Shown here: positions 1 to 9,154 of the stretch, piece after piece
Numbering within the stretch: position 1 is the stretch's first letter
Layout: every line of letters begins with the position of its first letter
Assembly (NCBI GenBank): GCA_042217585.1
Contig: JBDGSJ010000020.1
Span: 1 to 30,691, forward strand
DNA from: Candidatus Nanohaloarchaea archaeon
GTDB lineage: Archaea > Nanohalarchaeota > Nanosalinia > Nanosalinales > Nanosalinaceae
Length of the DNA: 30,691 nt
Direction: 5' to 3'
Translations under genes and position numbers: made by a program
The notes under the pieces: generated by a model
The model's input: only the letters and a program-made list of their open reading frames with translations
What the model was told of the DNA's origin: nothing
Database searches by the model: none

Positions 1-1960
1 CGGACACAGGCACCACGAGAAGATGTTCAGGCGGAAGTTCTTCATCTCGACAGCCCTGTCCCTGCCGGTCCTTTACTTCAGCAACTTCGTCTCCGGGATG
101 CTGGGATATACACCCGTGGACGTGCCGGGAGGACAGCTGGTGGTCCCGGTCCTCTCCGTGGTGATATTCGGCTACGGAGGATTCCCGTTCCTGAGGATGG
201 CGCGGGACGAGTTCGAGGACCGCCAGCCCGGGATGATGATGCTGATCTCCCTCGCGATAACCGTCGCCTTCGTGTACAGCATGGCAGCGCTCTACCTCGG
301 AACCCAGGCCAGCTTCTTCTGGGAGCTCGTGACCCTGATAGACGTTATGCTCCTCGGCCACTGGATCGAGATGAGAAGCGTCAGGAAGGCCTCGGGCGCG
401 CTGGACGAACTCGCACAGCTGATGCCCGACACAGCCGAAAAGATAAACGAAGACGGAGAAACTGAGGAGGTCCCTGTCTCGGAACTCGAGGAAGGGGATA
501 AAGTGCTTGTGAGGCCGGGAAGCTCGGTTCCCGCCGACGGCGAGGTGATCGAGGGAGAGTCCTCGGTCGACGAATCCATGATAACGGGTGAATCCGAACC
601 GGTCGACAAGAAGCCTGGAGACGAGGTCGTCGGGGGCACCGTGAACAACGACGGAAGCCTCAGGGTGGAGATAACCGCGACAGGGGACGAGACAACCCTC
701 TCCGGAATAATGGACCTCGTCGAAGAGGCGCAGGAGAGCGAGTCGAGGACCCAGGCGCTTGCGGACCGCGCCGCCGGCTGGCTGTTCTACATCGCACTTG
801 CCTCCGGAGTACTGACCGGCATCGCGTGGACGGTCGCGACCGGCTTCAGCGTCACCGTGATCGAGAGAGTGGTCACGGTCCTCGTAATCGCATGTCCCCA
901 CGCACTGGGACTCGCGGTACCTCTCGTGGTCGCGATAAATACTTCCATGGCGGCTAAAAACGGCATACTGGTCCGGGACCGGATAGCGATGGAGACCGCC
1001 CGGGACCTCGACACAGTCGTCTTCGACAAGACAGGGACCCTGACAGAAGGAGAGATGGGAGTCGCGGAGATCAGGACCTCCGGGATAGAGGAGGAAGAGG
1101 CTCTCTCGCTGATGGCAGCTGTCGAAAAGGACTCGGAACACATGATAGCCGAGGCGATACGCAGCTCCGCCGAGGAGAAAGGCGTGGAGGTCCCGGACGC
1201 AGAGAACTTCAAGGCCATAAAGGGCAAGGGAGTGAGAGCCGAGGTGAACGGCGAGACGCTGTACGTTGGAGGACCTAACCTCGCCACCGCCCGAGACTTC
1301 ACCATACCCGAAGGACTCTCCACGTTCGCAGAGGAAGCCGCGGAGAGCGCGGAGACCGCAGTCTACCTGTTCAAGAACGGAGAAGCCGTCGCCGCGGTCG
1401 GTCTCGCCGACGTCATCAGGGACGAAAGCAGGGAGGCAGTGGAGAGCCTACACGGGAAAGGCGTCGAAGTGGCGATGCTGACAGGAGACTCAGAAGAAGT
1501 GGCCTCGGCTGTCGCCGACGAACTCGGGATCGACACCTACTTCGCCGAGGTCCTCCCCGATGAAAAAGACAGCAAGATACAGGAACTCCAGGACCGGCAC
1601 ATGAAAGTCGCGATGGTCGGCGACGGGGTCAACGACGCACCAGCACTGACACGCGCAGACGTCGGGATAGCGATAGGCTCGGGAACCGACGTCGCCGTGG
1701 AATCCGCCGATATAATACTCGTCAAGAACAACCCTCTCGACGTCGTCAAACTGCTGGACCTCAGCCAGCTGAACTACCGCAAGATGCTCCAGAACCTGTT
1801 CTGGGCCACCGGCTACAACGCCTTCGCCATACCGCTCGCCGCAGGAGTCCTCGCACCCATCGGTATAATGCTCTCACCCGCCGTCGGAGCCATCATAATG
1901 TCCCTCTCCACGGTCATAGTCGCTTTCAACGCCCAGCTGATGAAGAGAGCCGAGATATAG
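1..1960 (+). CDS. copB: Copper-translocating P1B-type ATPase (CopB, P1B-3 type); 5' end probably outside the window
   Basis: Motifs [34 protein letters not shown], plus TM GYN and MSLST. The frame is open upstream of ATG 23 (GHRHHEK), consistent with a His-rich N-terminus cut by the window edge. Confidence 0.93.
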   Translation, partial: GHRHHEKMFRRKFFISTALSLPVLYFSNFVSGMLGYTPVDVPGGQLVVPVLSVVIFGYGGFPFLRMARDEFEDRQPGMMMLISLAITVAFVYSMAALYLGTQASFFWELVTLIDVMLLGHWIEMRSVRKASGALDELAQLMPDTAEKINEDGETEEVPVSELEEGDKVLVRPGSSVPADGEVIEGESSVDESMITGESEPVDKKPGDEVVGGTVNNDGSLRVEITATGDETTLSGIMDLVEEAQESESRTQALADRAAGWLFYIALASGVLTGIAWTVATGFSVTVIERVVTVLVIACPHALGLAVPLVVAINTSMAAKNGILVRDRIAMETARDLDTVVFDKTGTLTEGEMGVAEIRTSGIEEEEALSLMAAVEKDSEHMIAEAIRSSAEEKGVEVPDAENFKAIKGKGVRAEVNGETLYVGGPNLATARDFTIPEGLSTFAEEAAESAETAVYLFKNGEAVAAVGLADVIRDESREAVESLHGKGVEVAMLTGDSEEVASAVADELGIDTYFAEVLPDEKDSKIQELQDRHMKVAMVGDGVNDAPALTRADVGIAIGSGTDVAVESADIILVKNNPLDVVKLLDLSQLNYRKMLQNLFWATGYNAFAIPLAAGVLAPIGIMLSPAVGAIIMSLSTVIVAFNAQLMKRAEI

Positions 1961-2610
1961 TGGATGGACCGAAAACTTCTTCTCACTCAGAGAACCATAG
2001 GAAAACGGTGGTCCCCGTGAACTCCAACGAAGAACTCGTAAACCTGCTCGTGGACCGAGGCTACATCGAGTCGGAAGACGTAGAGGATGCGTTCCGCAAG
2101 GTGGACCGCGCCAACTTCATCCCGGAGGAATACCGCCACAGAGCGTACGCGGACCGGCCTCTCCCGATCGCAGAGGAGGCCACGATTTCCGCGCCCCATA
2201 TGGTGGCGAAGAACACGGAACTGCTGGAGGTCGAAGAGGACTCCTCAGTGGTAGAGATAGGCTCGGGCTCCGGCTACCAGCTCGCCATCCTCTCTGAACT
2301 CGCCGGGGAGGTCCTCGGAGTCGAGATAGAGGAAGAACTGGCGCAAAAGTCCCGGAAAAGTCTCTCGGACCGGGAAAACGTAACCGTTCTGGAGGGAAGC
2401 GGTTTCGGACCGGTGGATGACCGGCGGTTCGACAGGGTACTTTACTCCTGCGCCGTGGAATCCTTCGACGAAACCCGAAAATACCTGGAAGAAGGAGGGA
2501 TGGAGATCGCCCCTATCAAGACAGGGACCGGACAGGTCCTGAAGAAGCTCAGGGACGGAGAGGTTACAGACCACGGCAGGGTCAGGTTCGTCCCCTACAG
2601 AGATGGATAA
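1960..2610 (+). CDS. pcm: Protein-L-isoaspartate O-methyltransferase
   Basis: Motifs AFRKVDRANF, AYADRPLPI, TISAPHMVA, SAM-binding VVEIGSGSGY and C-terminal VRFVP. The true start may be a downstream GTG near 2008-2017. Confidence 0.9.
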   Translation: MDGPKTSSHSENHRKTVVPVNSNEELVNLLVDRGYIESEDVEDAFRKVDRANFIPEEYRHRAYADRPLPIAEEATISAPHMVAKNTELLEVEEDSSVVEIGSGSGYQLAILSELAGEVLGVEIEEELAQKSRKSLSDRENVTVLEGSGFGPVDDRRFDRVLYSCAVESFDETRKYLEEGGMEIAPIKTGTGQVLKKLRDGEVTDHGRVRFVPYRDG

Positions 2611-2684
2611 AAAAGGTTCCATGCCAGAAAACCTTCCTGAAAAAATCGGAGATATTTCTCGGAGCAGACAGACTTCTGAGAAGG

Positions 2685-2832
2685 ATGCGGCGTCCGGGAT
2701 ATCGAAAATCAGCTGATTTTTCTCAGGACCCGGAAGCCGTGCAATACACGGCTAATTGCGTATCAACTGAGCGTAACCAGATGCGGCGTCCGGGATTTCG
2801 AAAATCCAGAGGATTTTCTTGGAAGCCCGGGA
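2685..2832 (-). repeat. Two partial copies of the tRNA-Gly 3' end, each with a palindrome inserted in the T-loop
   Basis: ATGCGGCGTCCGGGAT occurs at 2685, 2781 and 2851 (the last is the tRNA itself). The copies carry GAAAATC-AGCT-GATTTTT and GAAAATCC-AGA-GGATTTTC. Confidence 0.85.
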
Positions 2833-2850
2833 CTTGCATCGCCGAAAGCG

Positions 2851-2923
<73 letters not shown>

Positions 2924-3034
2924 GTCCGACATCAAAGTGTTGAGGGTGTAAAGTTAAAAATCGTTCCGGGACCTGAGGAGGTTACCCTGAGGTACGCTGG
3001 AGGTTATTAATTCTTGGCGCGAAAAGTCTCTGTT

Positions 3035-3946
3035 ATGACTCGGGATCTTATAATCGTGGGCGGTGCTGCTTCGGCGCTCTCCGCGGCGATATACGCGGTG
3101 AGGTCGGGTATGGATGTCCTGGTAGTGACGGATGAGTACGGCGGACAGATAAACAATACTGACGTTGTGGAGAACTATCTCGGGATCAAGAGCATCAGCG
3201 GACCGGACCTGGCGGACCGTTACGTCGAGCACATGAGGGAGTACGGAGTCGACGAAGAGGTCGGAGAGAAAGTGGTCGATGTCAGGAAGGACGATGTCTT
3301 CGAGGTGGAGACGGAGTCCGGGGACGTATTCGAATCTCACGCGGTGATACTTGCGACGGGAGGCTCCCGGAGAAGGCTTGACGTCCCGGGCGAGGAAGAG
3401 CTCAGGAACAGAGGAGTAGCTTATTGCGCGGTCTGTGACGGACCTCTCTACCAGGGAGAGGAGGTCGCGGTTGTCGGCGGCGGCTACGCGGGGACCGAGG
3501 CCGCGGTCTACCTCTCCGATATCGCGGAGAAGGTCTACGTCCTGAACAGGTCCAGGGAGCTTTCAGGCGAGGAGATAACGATCGAGAAGTTGAAGGACGC
3601 GGAGAACGTGGAGGTCCTCAGTGAGGCCAGCACGACCGAGATACTCGGCGATGACCTGGTGGACGGCCTCAGGTACGAGCAGGACGGCGAGGAGAAGGAG
3701 CTCGAGGTCACAGGGGTCTTCATCGAGATAGGTACTGTTCCGAACTCGGACGTGACGGATCTCGTGGAGACCGATGACTCGGGTTACATACAGGTCGATG
3801 AGGATTTCAGGACCGGGACCGAGGGTCTCTATGCGGCGGGAGACGTGACCGATGTCGGTGCGCAGCAGCTCGTGGTCTCCGCAGGTCAGGGATGCCAGGC
3901 CGCCCTCAATGCTTCGGACTACGTGAAGGAGAAGAAGGCGGACTGA
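3035..3946 (+). CDS. trxB: Thioredoxin reductase (FAD-dependent pyridine nucleotide-disulfide oxidoreductase)
   Basis: Motifs IIVGG, ILATG, GVAYCAVCDG (redox CxxC), VAVVGGG and LYAAGDV. ATG 3035 chosen because a TATA-like TTATTAA lies about 25 nt upstream. Confidence 0.9.
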   Translation: MTRDLIIVGGAASALSAAIYAVRSGMDVLVVTDEYGGQINNTDVVENYLGIKSISGPDLADRYVEHMREYGVDEEVGEKVVDVRKDDVFEVETESGDVFESHAVILATGGSRRRLDVPGEEELRNRGVAYCAVCDGPLYQGEEVAVVGGGYAGTEAAVYLSDIAEKVYVLNRSRELSGEEITIEKLKDAENVEVLSEASTTEILGDDLVDGLRYEQDGEEKELEVTGVFIEIGTVPNSDVTDLVETDDSGYIQVDEDFRTGTEGLYAAGDVTDVGAQQLVVSAGQGCQAALNASDYVKEKKAD

Positions 3947-3985
3947 CGGCGAACACTTGATAAATTCTCCGGACCATCTTTACCC

Positions 3986-4243
3986 ATGCCCGGGAAAACC
4001 AGGTCCACCAAGTCGACGAAATGCGTGTTCTGCGGTCAGACAGCGACCAAGAAGAACGGTGAGGGCCAGCCCGTGTGCAAGGAGCACAGCGACAGAGAGC
4101 CGCGGGACGTGGCATGCCCGGACTGCGGGATGCCGATGAAGATAAAGGAGGGCCGCTACGGGTTTTTCTGGGGTTGCGAGGGCTATCCCCAGTGCGAGAA
4201 GACCTACCAGATAGAGGCCCTGGTGGACGATGAAGACGAGTGA
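3986..4243 (+). CDS. Small zinc-finger protein with a topoisomerase-type C4 zinc ribbon
   Basis: CVFC...CKEH followed by CPDCG-x-M-x4-GRYGFFWGC-x2-YPQC, the zf-C4_Topoisom pattern. Confidence 0.8.
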   Translation: MPGKTRSTKSTKCVFCGQTATKKNGEGQPVCKEHSDREPRDVACPDCGMPMKIKEGRYGFFWGCEGYPQCEKTYQIEALVDDEDE

Positions 4244-4316
4244 GCCTGTAGCTCAGCTTGGACAGAGCGACGGCTTCCTAAGCCGTAAGTCGAGGGTTCA
4301 AATCCCTCCAGGCTCG
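4242..4316 (+). tRNA. tRNA-Arg (CCT)
   Basis: Acceptor stem GAGCCTG/CAGGCTC, D arm TAGCTCAG, anticodon arm ACGGC-TTCCTAA-GCCGT, T arm GAGGG-TTCAAAT-CCCTC. Confidence 0.95.
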
Positions 4317-4331
4317 TAAAGGACTTCAACC

Positions 4332-4407
4332 GGGGGATTTGATGGCGCTCAAAAAAACCTGCGGTTTTCGGCGGGTTCAAATCCCTCCAGGCCCGTGAAG
4401 GACCTCA
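4332..4407 (+). repeat. Duplicated tRNA-Arg 3' end with inverted T-arm copy and inner hairpin
   Basis: 4294-4328 is repeated at 4373-4407 with 3 mismatches. GGGGGATTTGA (4332-4342) is inverted relative to TCAAATCCCTC (4377-4387). Inner palindrome AAAACC-TGC-GGTTTT. Confidence 0.85.
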
Positions 4408-4491
4408 CCCACAGACCTCAAGTAGAGGTCCCCCCAACCTTCCGTTCCGGGAGTTTGATTCAAAAGGTTGGGTCCTTTCAACTGTTGACAG

Positions 4492-4574
4492 GCGGAGGTT
4501 GCCGAGTGGTCAAAGGCGCAGCGTTCAGGGCGCTGTCCCTTAGGGGTTCGCAGGTTCGAATCCTGCCCTCCGCA
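4492..4574 (+). tRNA. tRNA-Leu (CAG)
   Basis: Acceptor stem GCGGAGG/CCTCCGC, anticodon arm CAGCG-TTCAGGG-CGCTG, long variable arm, T arm GCAGG-TTCGAAT-CCTGC. Confidence 0.95.
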
Positions 4575-4592
4575 TGCTTCTTCGTCCTCACA

Positions 4593-4649
4593 GCGGGATT
4601 CAATCCCAGAGAAGACCCGTCTTCGAAGTTCGAATCCTGCCCTCCGCAT
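4593..4649 (+). repeat. Duplicated tRNA-Leu 3' end with inverted T-arm copy and inner hairpin
   Basis: GTTCGAATCCTGCCCTCCGCAT is exact at 4554-4575 and 4628-4649. GCGGGATTC (4593-4601) is inverted relative to GAATCCTGC (4632-4640). Inner palindrome GAAGAC-CC-GTCTTC. Confidence 0.88.
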
Positions 4650-4725
4650 TTAACGTATCTCTATGGAGGGCGCCGGGTTGCTGACGGGGGAAACTGTTTT
4701 CAGTTTCGTGACCTCATCGGGGTCT

Positions 4726-5745
4726 ATGAGCGGTGATGGCCGGATAGGAGGTTTCGAGAGGGAGAGGCTTTTCCTGCTCGTGAGCTCTGTTATCGTGGGT
4801 TTCCTCTGTTTCCTGATGATATCCTCTCTTATCAGTTACCTTCTCGGCGGTCTTCTGCTTGCCTTTGTCACGCGCCCGGTATTCGAGAGGGTGTCGGGAA
4901 GGTTGGGGGATCGGTGGGCCGCCCTTCTGGTGGTTCTGCTGACGATATTCGCGGCGATCCTTCCTTTCACAGTTGTCCTGGGTGCTGCGGGAGATGATGC
5001 GGCGGACCTGGTGTCGGGGTTGAACGCGGACCGCGGTGAGGTACTGGACAGGCTGGATTCAGTGGTGAATGATCTGACGGGCCGGTCGGTGGATGTGGAG
5101 GAGAGGGCTGGTTACGCGCTGAAAAAGGTGGCCTCGGTTCTCCCGGAGGGTCTCTCTTCTGCGCTGGGTGTGGCCGCGGACGTCACGATAGGGGTTTCAG
5201 TCATGCTGTTCCTCCAGTTCTACGCCCTGAGGGACGGGCAGAGGTTCGTGGACTGGACCCGGGAGTTCGATTTCGTGACAGATGAGCGCCAGGAGATGCT
5301 TTACAGGTCCACCTACAGGTCCGTCTGGGCCGTGGTGAAGGGACATGTTCTTATCGCGGTGGCGCAGGGCCTGCTCGCGGGGCTTGGTCTGTTCCTCGTG
5401 GGTGTGCCGAACGCTTTCTTCTGGACGTTCATGATGGTCCTGCTCGGATTCATACCGATGATTGGTTCTGCCCTGATCTGGTTCCCGGCGGCTGTCTACC
5501 TCGCTTTCCAGGGAGATCTGCTGTCAGCCGGTTTCCTGGTAGTCTACGGTCTTGTGGTCGTGGGTGGTTCGGACAACCTTCTGAGGCCTCTGGCCGTTGA
5601 CGGCGACGCGGACATACATCCTTTCTTCATCCTTGTGGGGCTGATAGGCGGGGTGGGGCTTTTCGGTCCTGCCGGCATCTTCATAGGGCCGGTGGTATTC
5701 GGCGTGCTCAGGAACCTCCTGGAGATGGTGAAGGAGAAGCAGTAG
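4726..5745 (+). CDS. AI-2E family (PerM-like) transporter
   Basis: Multi-TM protein with FYALRDG, LGFIPMIGS, DNLLRP, IHP, GPAGIFIGPV. ATG 4726 preferred over 4663. Confidence 0.88.
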   Translation: MSGDGRIGGFERERLFLLVSSVIVGFLCFLMISSLISYLLGGLLLAFVTRPVFERVSGRLGDRWAALLVVLLTIFAAILPFTVVLGAAGDDAADLVSGLNADRGEVLDRLDSVVNDLTGRSVDVEERAGYALKKVASVLPEGLSSALGVAADVTIGVSVMLFLQFYALRDGQRFVDWTREFDFVTDERQEMLYRSTYRSVWAVVKGHVLIAVAQGLLAGLGLFLVGVPNAFFWTFMMVLLGFIPMIGSALIWFPAAVYLAFQGDLLSAGFLVVYGLVVVGGSDNLLRPLAVDGDADIHPFFILVGLIGGVGLFGPAGIFIGPVVFGVLRNLLEMVKEKQ

Positions 5746-5781
5746 GACAGAACTTTATTACTGGAGTACTGAATAGAAACC

Positions 5782-7041
5782 GTGTTCGGGATACCTGAGA
5801 TCTTGATGGAGGTCCTGATGGCGACAGCCATGGGCGGACTCATCGGTATGGAGAGGGAGAGGCGGCCGAACGACAAGTACGCCGGCATAAGGACCCTCTC
5901 GCTTCTCGGAGGTATCGCACCGGGAGTGGTAGCCGCGGCGCAGAAGACCGGCAACACAGGTTTCGTCCTGGTGTACCTCTTCCTGACATCCCTCATCTCG
6001 CTGGCCATCATACCGGTCAGGATGCAAGTGGAGGGGGACAAGATAGGTTTCACGACCTCCGTGGCAGTGTTCGTGGTCGCCACGCTGGGCGTACTGGTGG
6101 GCTACGACCTCTACTTCGAGGCCACATCACTGGCGATAATTTCCACTTTCCTGCTGGCGGAGAAGAAAACTCTCCACAGCTATGTGGACCGCGTCACGGA
6201 CCGCGAAATCACGAGCGCACTCCAGCTGGGTGCCCTGGGCTTCATATTTTTTCCTGTTCTACCTGCGACGGCTGTTGACCCTTTCGGCGCAGTGGTACCG
6301 CAGCAGATACTTCTGCTCGCAATATTCGTTCTTCTGATCGAGTTCGTGTCGTACGTCTCGATGAGACAGCTCTCCCCGTCCTCGGGACTTTACCTGACCG
6401 GGCTCCTGGGGGGTGGCGCGAGTTCCTTCGCCACCGTCGGGGTCCTGACCAGGATGGGGAAAAAATCAGGTCTCCGCGGTCCTGCCTCCGCCGCTGTCAT
6501 GATGGCCTCGATGTCGATGCTGGCCCGGAACGCAGGGCTTGCGGTCCTGCTTTTCAGCTCGCAGACCGGTCTCAGGCTGGCTCCTCTCCTCCCTCTCCTG
6601 GTCCCTTTCGCCGGGATGTTCATTTTCCTGGGCGCAGCCGCGGTCCTCCTGAGGGAGGAACCCGGCAGAAGTATAGAGATGCCGATAAAATCTCCTATAT
6701 CCCTCAGGACCGGTCTAAAGTTCGCGGTCGTCTTCACAGCGGTCTCCGTTTCTTCAGCCCTGAGCCAGGAGTTCATAGGGTCAGCGGGCACACTTTTGAC
6801 CTCTCTCCTGGGCGGCGCTGTGTCCTCGACGGCTGTGGTCGCCTCGGCCGCGACCTCCTTCACCTCGAGGGGGATGGCTGCGGAGATGGCTTCAACCATT
6901 ATACTCGTGTCCGTTGCCGGGAGCCTGGTCTCCAAGATAGCACTGATAGAGCTGGAGAACAGCGACATGAGGCGGACCGCCGCGGTCCCGCTGGCAGGCG
7001 CGGGGCTGGTAGGTCTCGGGCTCGTCCTGTTCATGCAGTGA
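5782..7041 (+). CDS. MgtC/SapB family membrane protein with DUF4010-like C-terminal region
   Basis: Motifs GGLIGMERE, AGIRT, GFTT, GLLGGGASS; about 420 aa and hydrophobic throughout. Confidence 0.85.
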   Translation: MFGIPEILMEVLMATAMGGLIGMERERRPNDKYAGIRTLSLLGGIAPGVVAAAQKTGNTGFVLVYLFLTSLISLAIIPVRMQVEGDKIGFTTSVAVFVVATLGVLVGYDLYFEATSLAIISTFLLAEKKTLHSYVDRVTDREITSALQLGALGFIFFPVLPATAVDPFGAVVPQQILLLAIFVLLIEFVSYVSMRQLSPSSGLYLTGLLGGGASSFATVGVLTRMGKKSGLRGPASAAVMMASMSMLARNAGLAVLLFSSQTGLRLAPLLPLLVPFAGMFIFLGAAAVLLREEPGRSIEMPIKSPISLRTGLKFAVVFTAVSVSSALSQEFIGSAGTLLTSLLGGAVSSTAVVASAATSFTSRGMAAEMASTIILVSVAGSLVSKIALIELENSDMRRTAAVPLAGAGLVGLGLVLFMQ

Positions 7042-7657
7042 TCAGCAGATGATGGGGTCCACGCACGCGCTGGCCGGACTGCTGATCGCCGCCAGCTCCC
7101 CGGTCCTGCCCTCCAGGTAACCGTGGAAGAATATACCCGCGAGCACGCCAGCGACCGTGGCCCCGGTGAACTCCCACATCAGGATGGTGGCGGAGGGCAG
7201 AAGCGAGAAAGACAGGTAAACATCCAGTAGCCAGCGGATGACAGCCCATGTGCCCGCCCATGCGACCGTGGAGACCGTCAGGAATATCACGGCGAAGTCA
7301 GGAGTCGCGGAGAACCCCGAGAACTCCTCCAGGTTCACGACCACCAGCAGCGACATCGCCGCCGCAGAAACATAGTTCACCGCCGAGGACCCCAGGATCT
7401 CTATCCCGAGGAAAGCCTGTATCTGGGGAAGGGAAGCTATCAGAAGTACCTCCCACGGCACCATCCTCGACGCATCGCGGAGGAGAAGAGGCGGCAGGAC
7501 CGCAGGGACGATGAGAGCTATGCACCAGATCGGAAGGACGACCTCGCCACGCAGAAAACCGCTCAAACCTCTCAAGGCAAGAATAAAGGACGAGGATCCA
7601 TGATACCACGGCGTTGACGGTGCGGTCCTCCAGGAGACCCTCAATGACTTCAGACAT
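7042..7657 (-). pseudogene. Membrane protein gene split by a frameshift near 7586
   Basis: ATG 7657 overlaps the upstream gene's end and reads MSEVIEGLLEDRTVNAVVSWILVL. The hydrophobic protein continues in another frame (FILALRG...VLPP...MVPWEVLLIASLP) to the stop at 7042. Confidence 0.6.
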
Positions 7658-8174
7658 CTGACTGGTCGATGACCTGCTGGATTGATTTGTGAGGTGCAAC
7701 AGTTCTCTCCCTCGCATCATCCATCTCGCCGAGGGCCGTGAGCAGTTCGCCGGGCGTGGATTCCATCTCGAAATCCGCCTTCGCCTTCAGGCCGTCGTGA
7801 AGATCGTCCGCCAGCATCTTCTTCAGGGTCGAGACCATGTTTTTCTGGAGGTAAGTGGTCACGTAGTCGTTGAAGAAGTCGGTCTCGACCGAGACATCTC
7901 CATCGTACTCCTCCTCCCAGAGATCCTCCATGTAGTCCTGGAGTCCTTTGCGGTCCAGCTGGTAACGCTTCCCGTCACTGGTTTCCTCCACATCCAGCAC
8001 CCCATGGTCCTCCAGACTGTCAAGTACTTCCTGGACCGAACCCATACCGAACCTTTCGTAATCCTCTACTATCTCCTCAAGGGAGTGCTGGTCCGTCGAG
8101 ACAGCCGCCGCCCGCAGTATCCTGTACGGAAGCTCCTCGATGTTCAGCCTGTGGTCGGTCCACTCTACGGACAT
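7650..8174 (-). CDS. Hypothetical acidic protein, possible N-terminal winged helix-turn-helix
   Basis: Acidic ORF with typical codon use. SLEEIVE...SVQEVLDSLEDHGVLDVEETSDGKRYQL resembles a wHTH recognition helix plus wing. Confidence 0.65.
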   Translation of the reverse strand: MSVEWTDHRLNIEELPYRILRAAAVSTDQHSLEEIVEDYERFGMGSVQEVLDSLEDHGVLDVEETSDGKRYQLDRKGLQDYMEDLWEEEYDGDVSVETDFFNDYVTTYLQKNMVSTLKKMLADDLHDGLKAKADFEMESTPGELLTALGEMDDARERTVAPHKSIQQVIDQSDV

Positions 8175-8266
8175 AACCCATAATTGCCGGAGGGCGCTAT
8201 TAATGGTTTCCAGAGGGAGTTCTCCTGAAGGATATAAAATTCTTCATGTAGAAACCTGTAGTGGAA

Positions 8267-8408
8267 GGGCCCGTAGCTCAGCCAGGACAGAGCGAGCGGC
8301 TTCGGCTCCCACCGTTCTCCGACAGAGGGAGGACAGGGATAGAGGAGGTCGGTTCCGATCTTCGAGCAAGATACCGCTAGGTCCAGGGTTCAAATCCCTG
8401 CGGGCTCG
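8267..8408 (+). tRNA. tRNA-Arg (TCG) with a 67-nt intron at position 37/38 (intron 8306-8372)
   Basis: Acceptor stem GGGCCCG/CGGGCTC, D arm TAGCTCAGCCAGGACAGAGC, anticodon arm AGCGG-CT-TCG-G[intron]A-CCGCT, T arm CAGGG-TTCAAAT-CCCTG. Confidence 0.88.
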
Positions 8409-8528
8409 TCCTACATATGAAACCTATGATAGGTCGAGCGAATCGACTGTCGTTCGGGGCCCTGAAATCCCCTGCGGGATCGTTCTCCTCACTGAAGCTA
8501 TTTTAAACAGAGGTCCGAAATCACTTTC

Positions 8529-9050
8529 ATGGGACCAGGGACAGGACTGAAGGCGGGAGTGAAGGCAGGGATGGCGACCGCGATGGTGGAGACCGTTCTC
8601 GGAGCGCTTGTGGTCCTCGTGATAGGTTCCTCGATGTCGGGCACGATCGGAGGTCTCTCCGCGGGTTTAGGGCTTATAGCACTGCTTTTTGCGCTTCCCG
8701 TGTTCTTCGTGTTCACGGTCATCGGCTGGACCTTCAAGGGAATAATACTGGGACTGATATACCCTGTGTACGGGCACTTCATGCCGGATGTCGGACCTCT
8801 TGCGGAGGGACTGGTTTACGGAGTGCTGTCGTGGCTCCTTATCTCGGTTTTCCGGCTGGTCGCGACTGAGACGGAACTCCTGAGCATATTCATCACGCTG
8901 ATATCGTACATCATCTTCGGAGTGGCGATCGGTCACTACGCGGATCGGTTCAGCGACGAAGAGGACGATGACAGGAGCCCTAAGCCCAGCCACCAGTACG
9001 GGACCGCAGGAGGTTACAAGTCCGGCGGTAACGGGCCGGGAAGCCATTAA
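8529..9050 (+). CDS. Hypothetical membrane protein (about 4-5 TM)
   Basis: Hydrophobic ORF with a TTTTAAA TATA-like box about 25 nt upstream. Confidence 0.7.
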   Translation: MGPGTGLKAGVKAGMATAMVETVLGALVVLVIGSSMSGTIGGLSAGLGLIALLFALPVFFVFTVIGWTFKGIILGLIYPVYGHFMPDVGPLAEGLVYGVLSWLLISVFRLVATETELLSIFITLISYIIFGVAIGHYADRFSDEEDDDRSPKPSHQYGTAGGYKSGGNGPGSH

Positions 9051-9154
9051 TTTGATTTATAAAGATAAGAACAAAACCCTGTCATAGGTTGGTGTTCTGA
9101 GTGAAGGATATCTTAAAGCGAATCTTCGCTCAGGTCCGACGCCTGGTGAGACAA

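Noticed and set aside
4377..4736. ORFs 4377..4649 (-) and 4395..4736 (+)
   Set aside because: They overlap tRNA-Leu and lack the acidic composition of real genes here.
4726..7657. Membrane-protein cluster after tRNA-Leu as a genomic island
   Set aside because: There is no integrase and no distant att copy; the higher T content is explained by hydrophobic codons.
8140..8550. ORF 8140..8550 (+)
   Set aside because: It spans the intron-containing tRNA-Arg.
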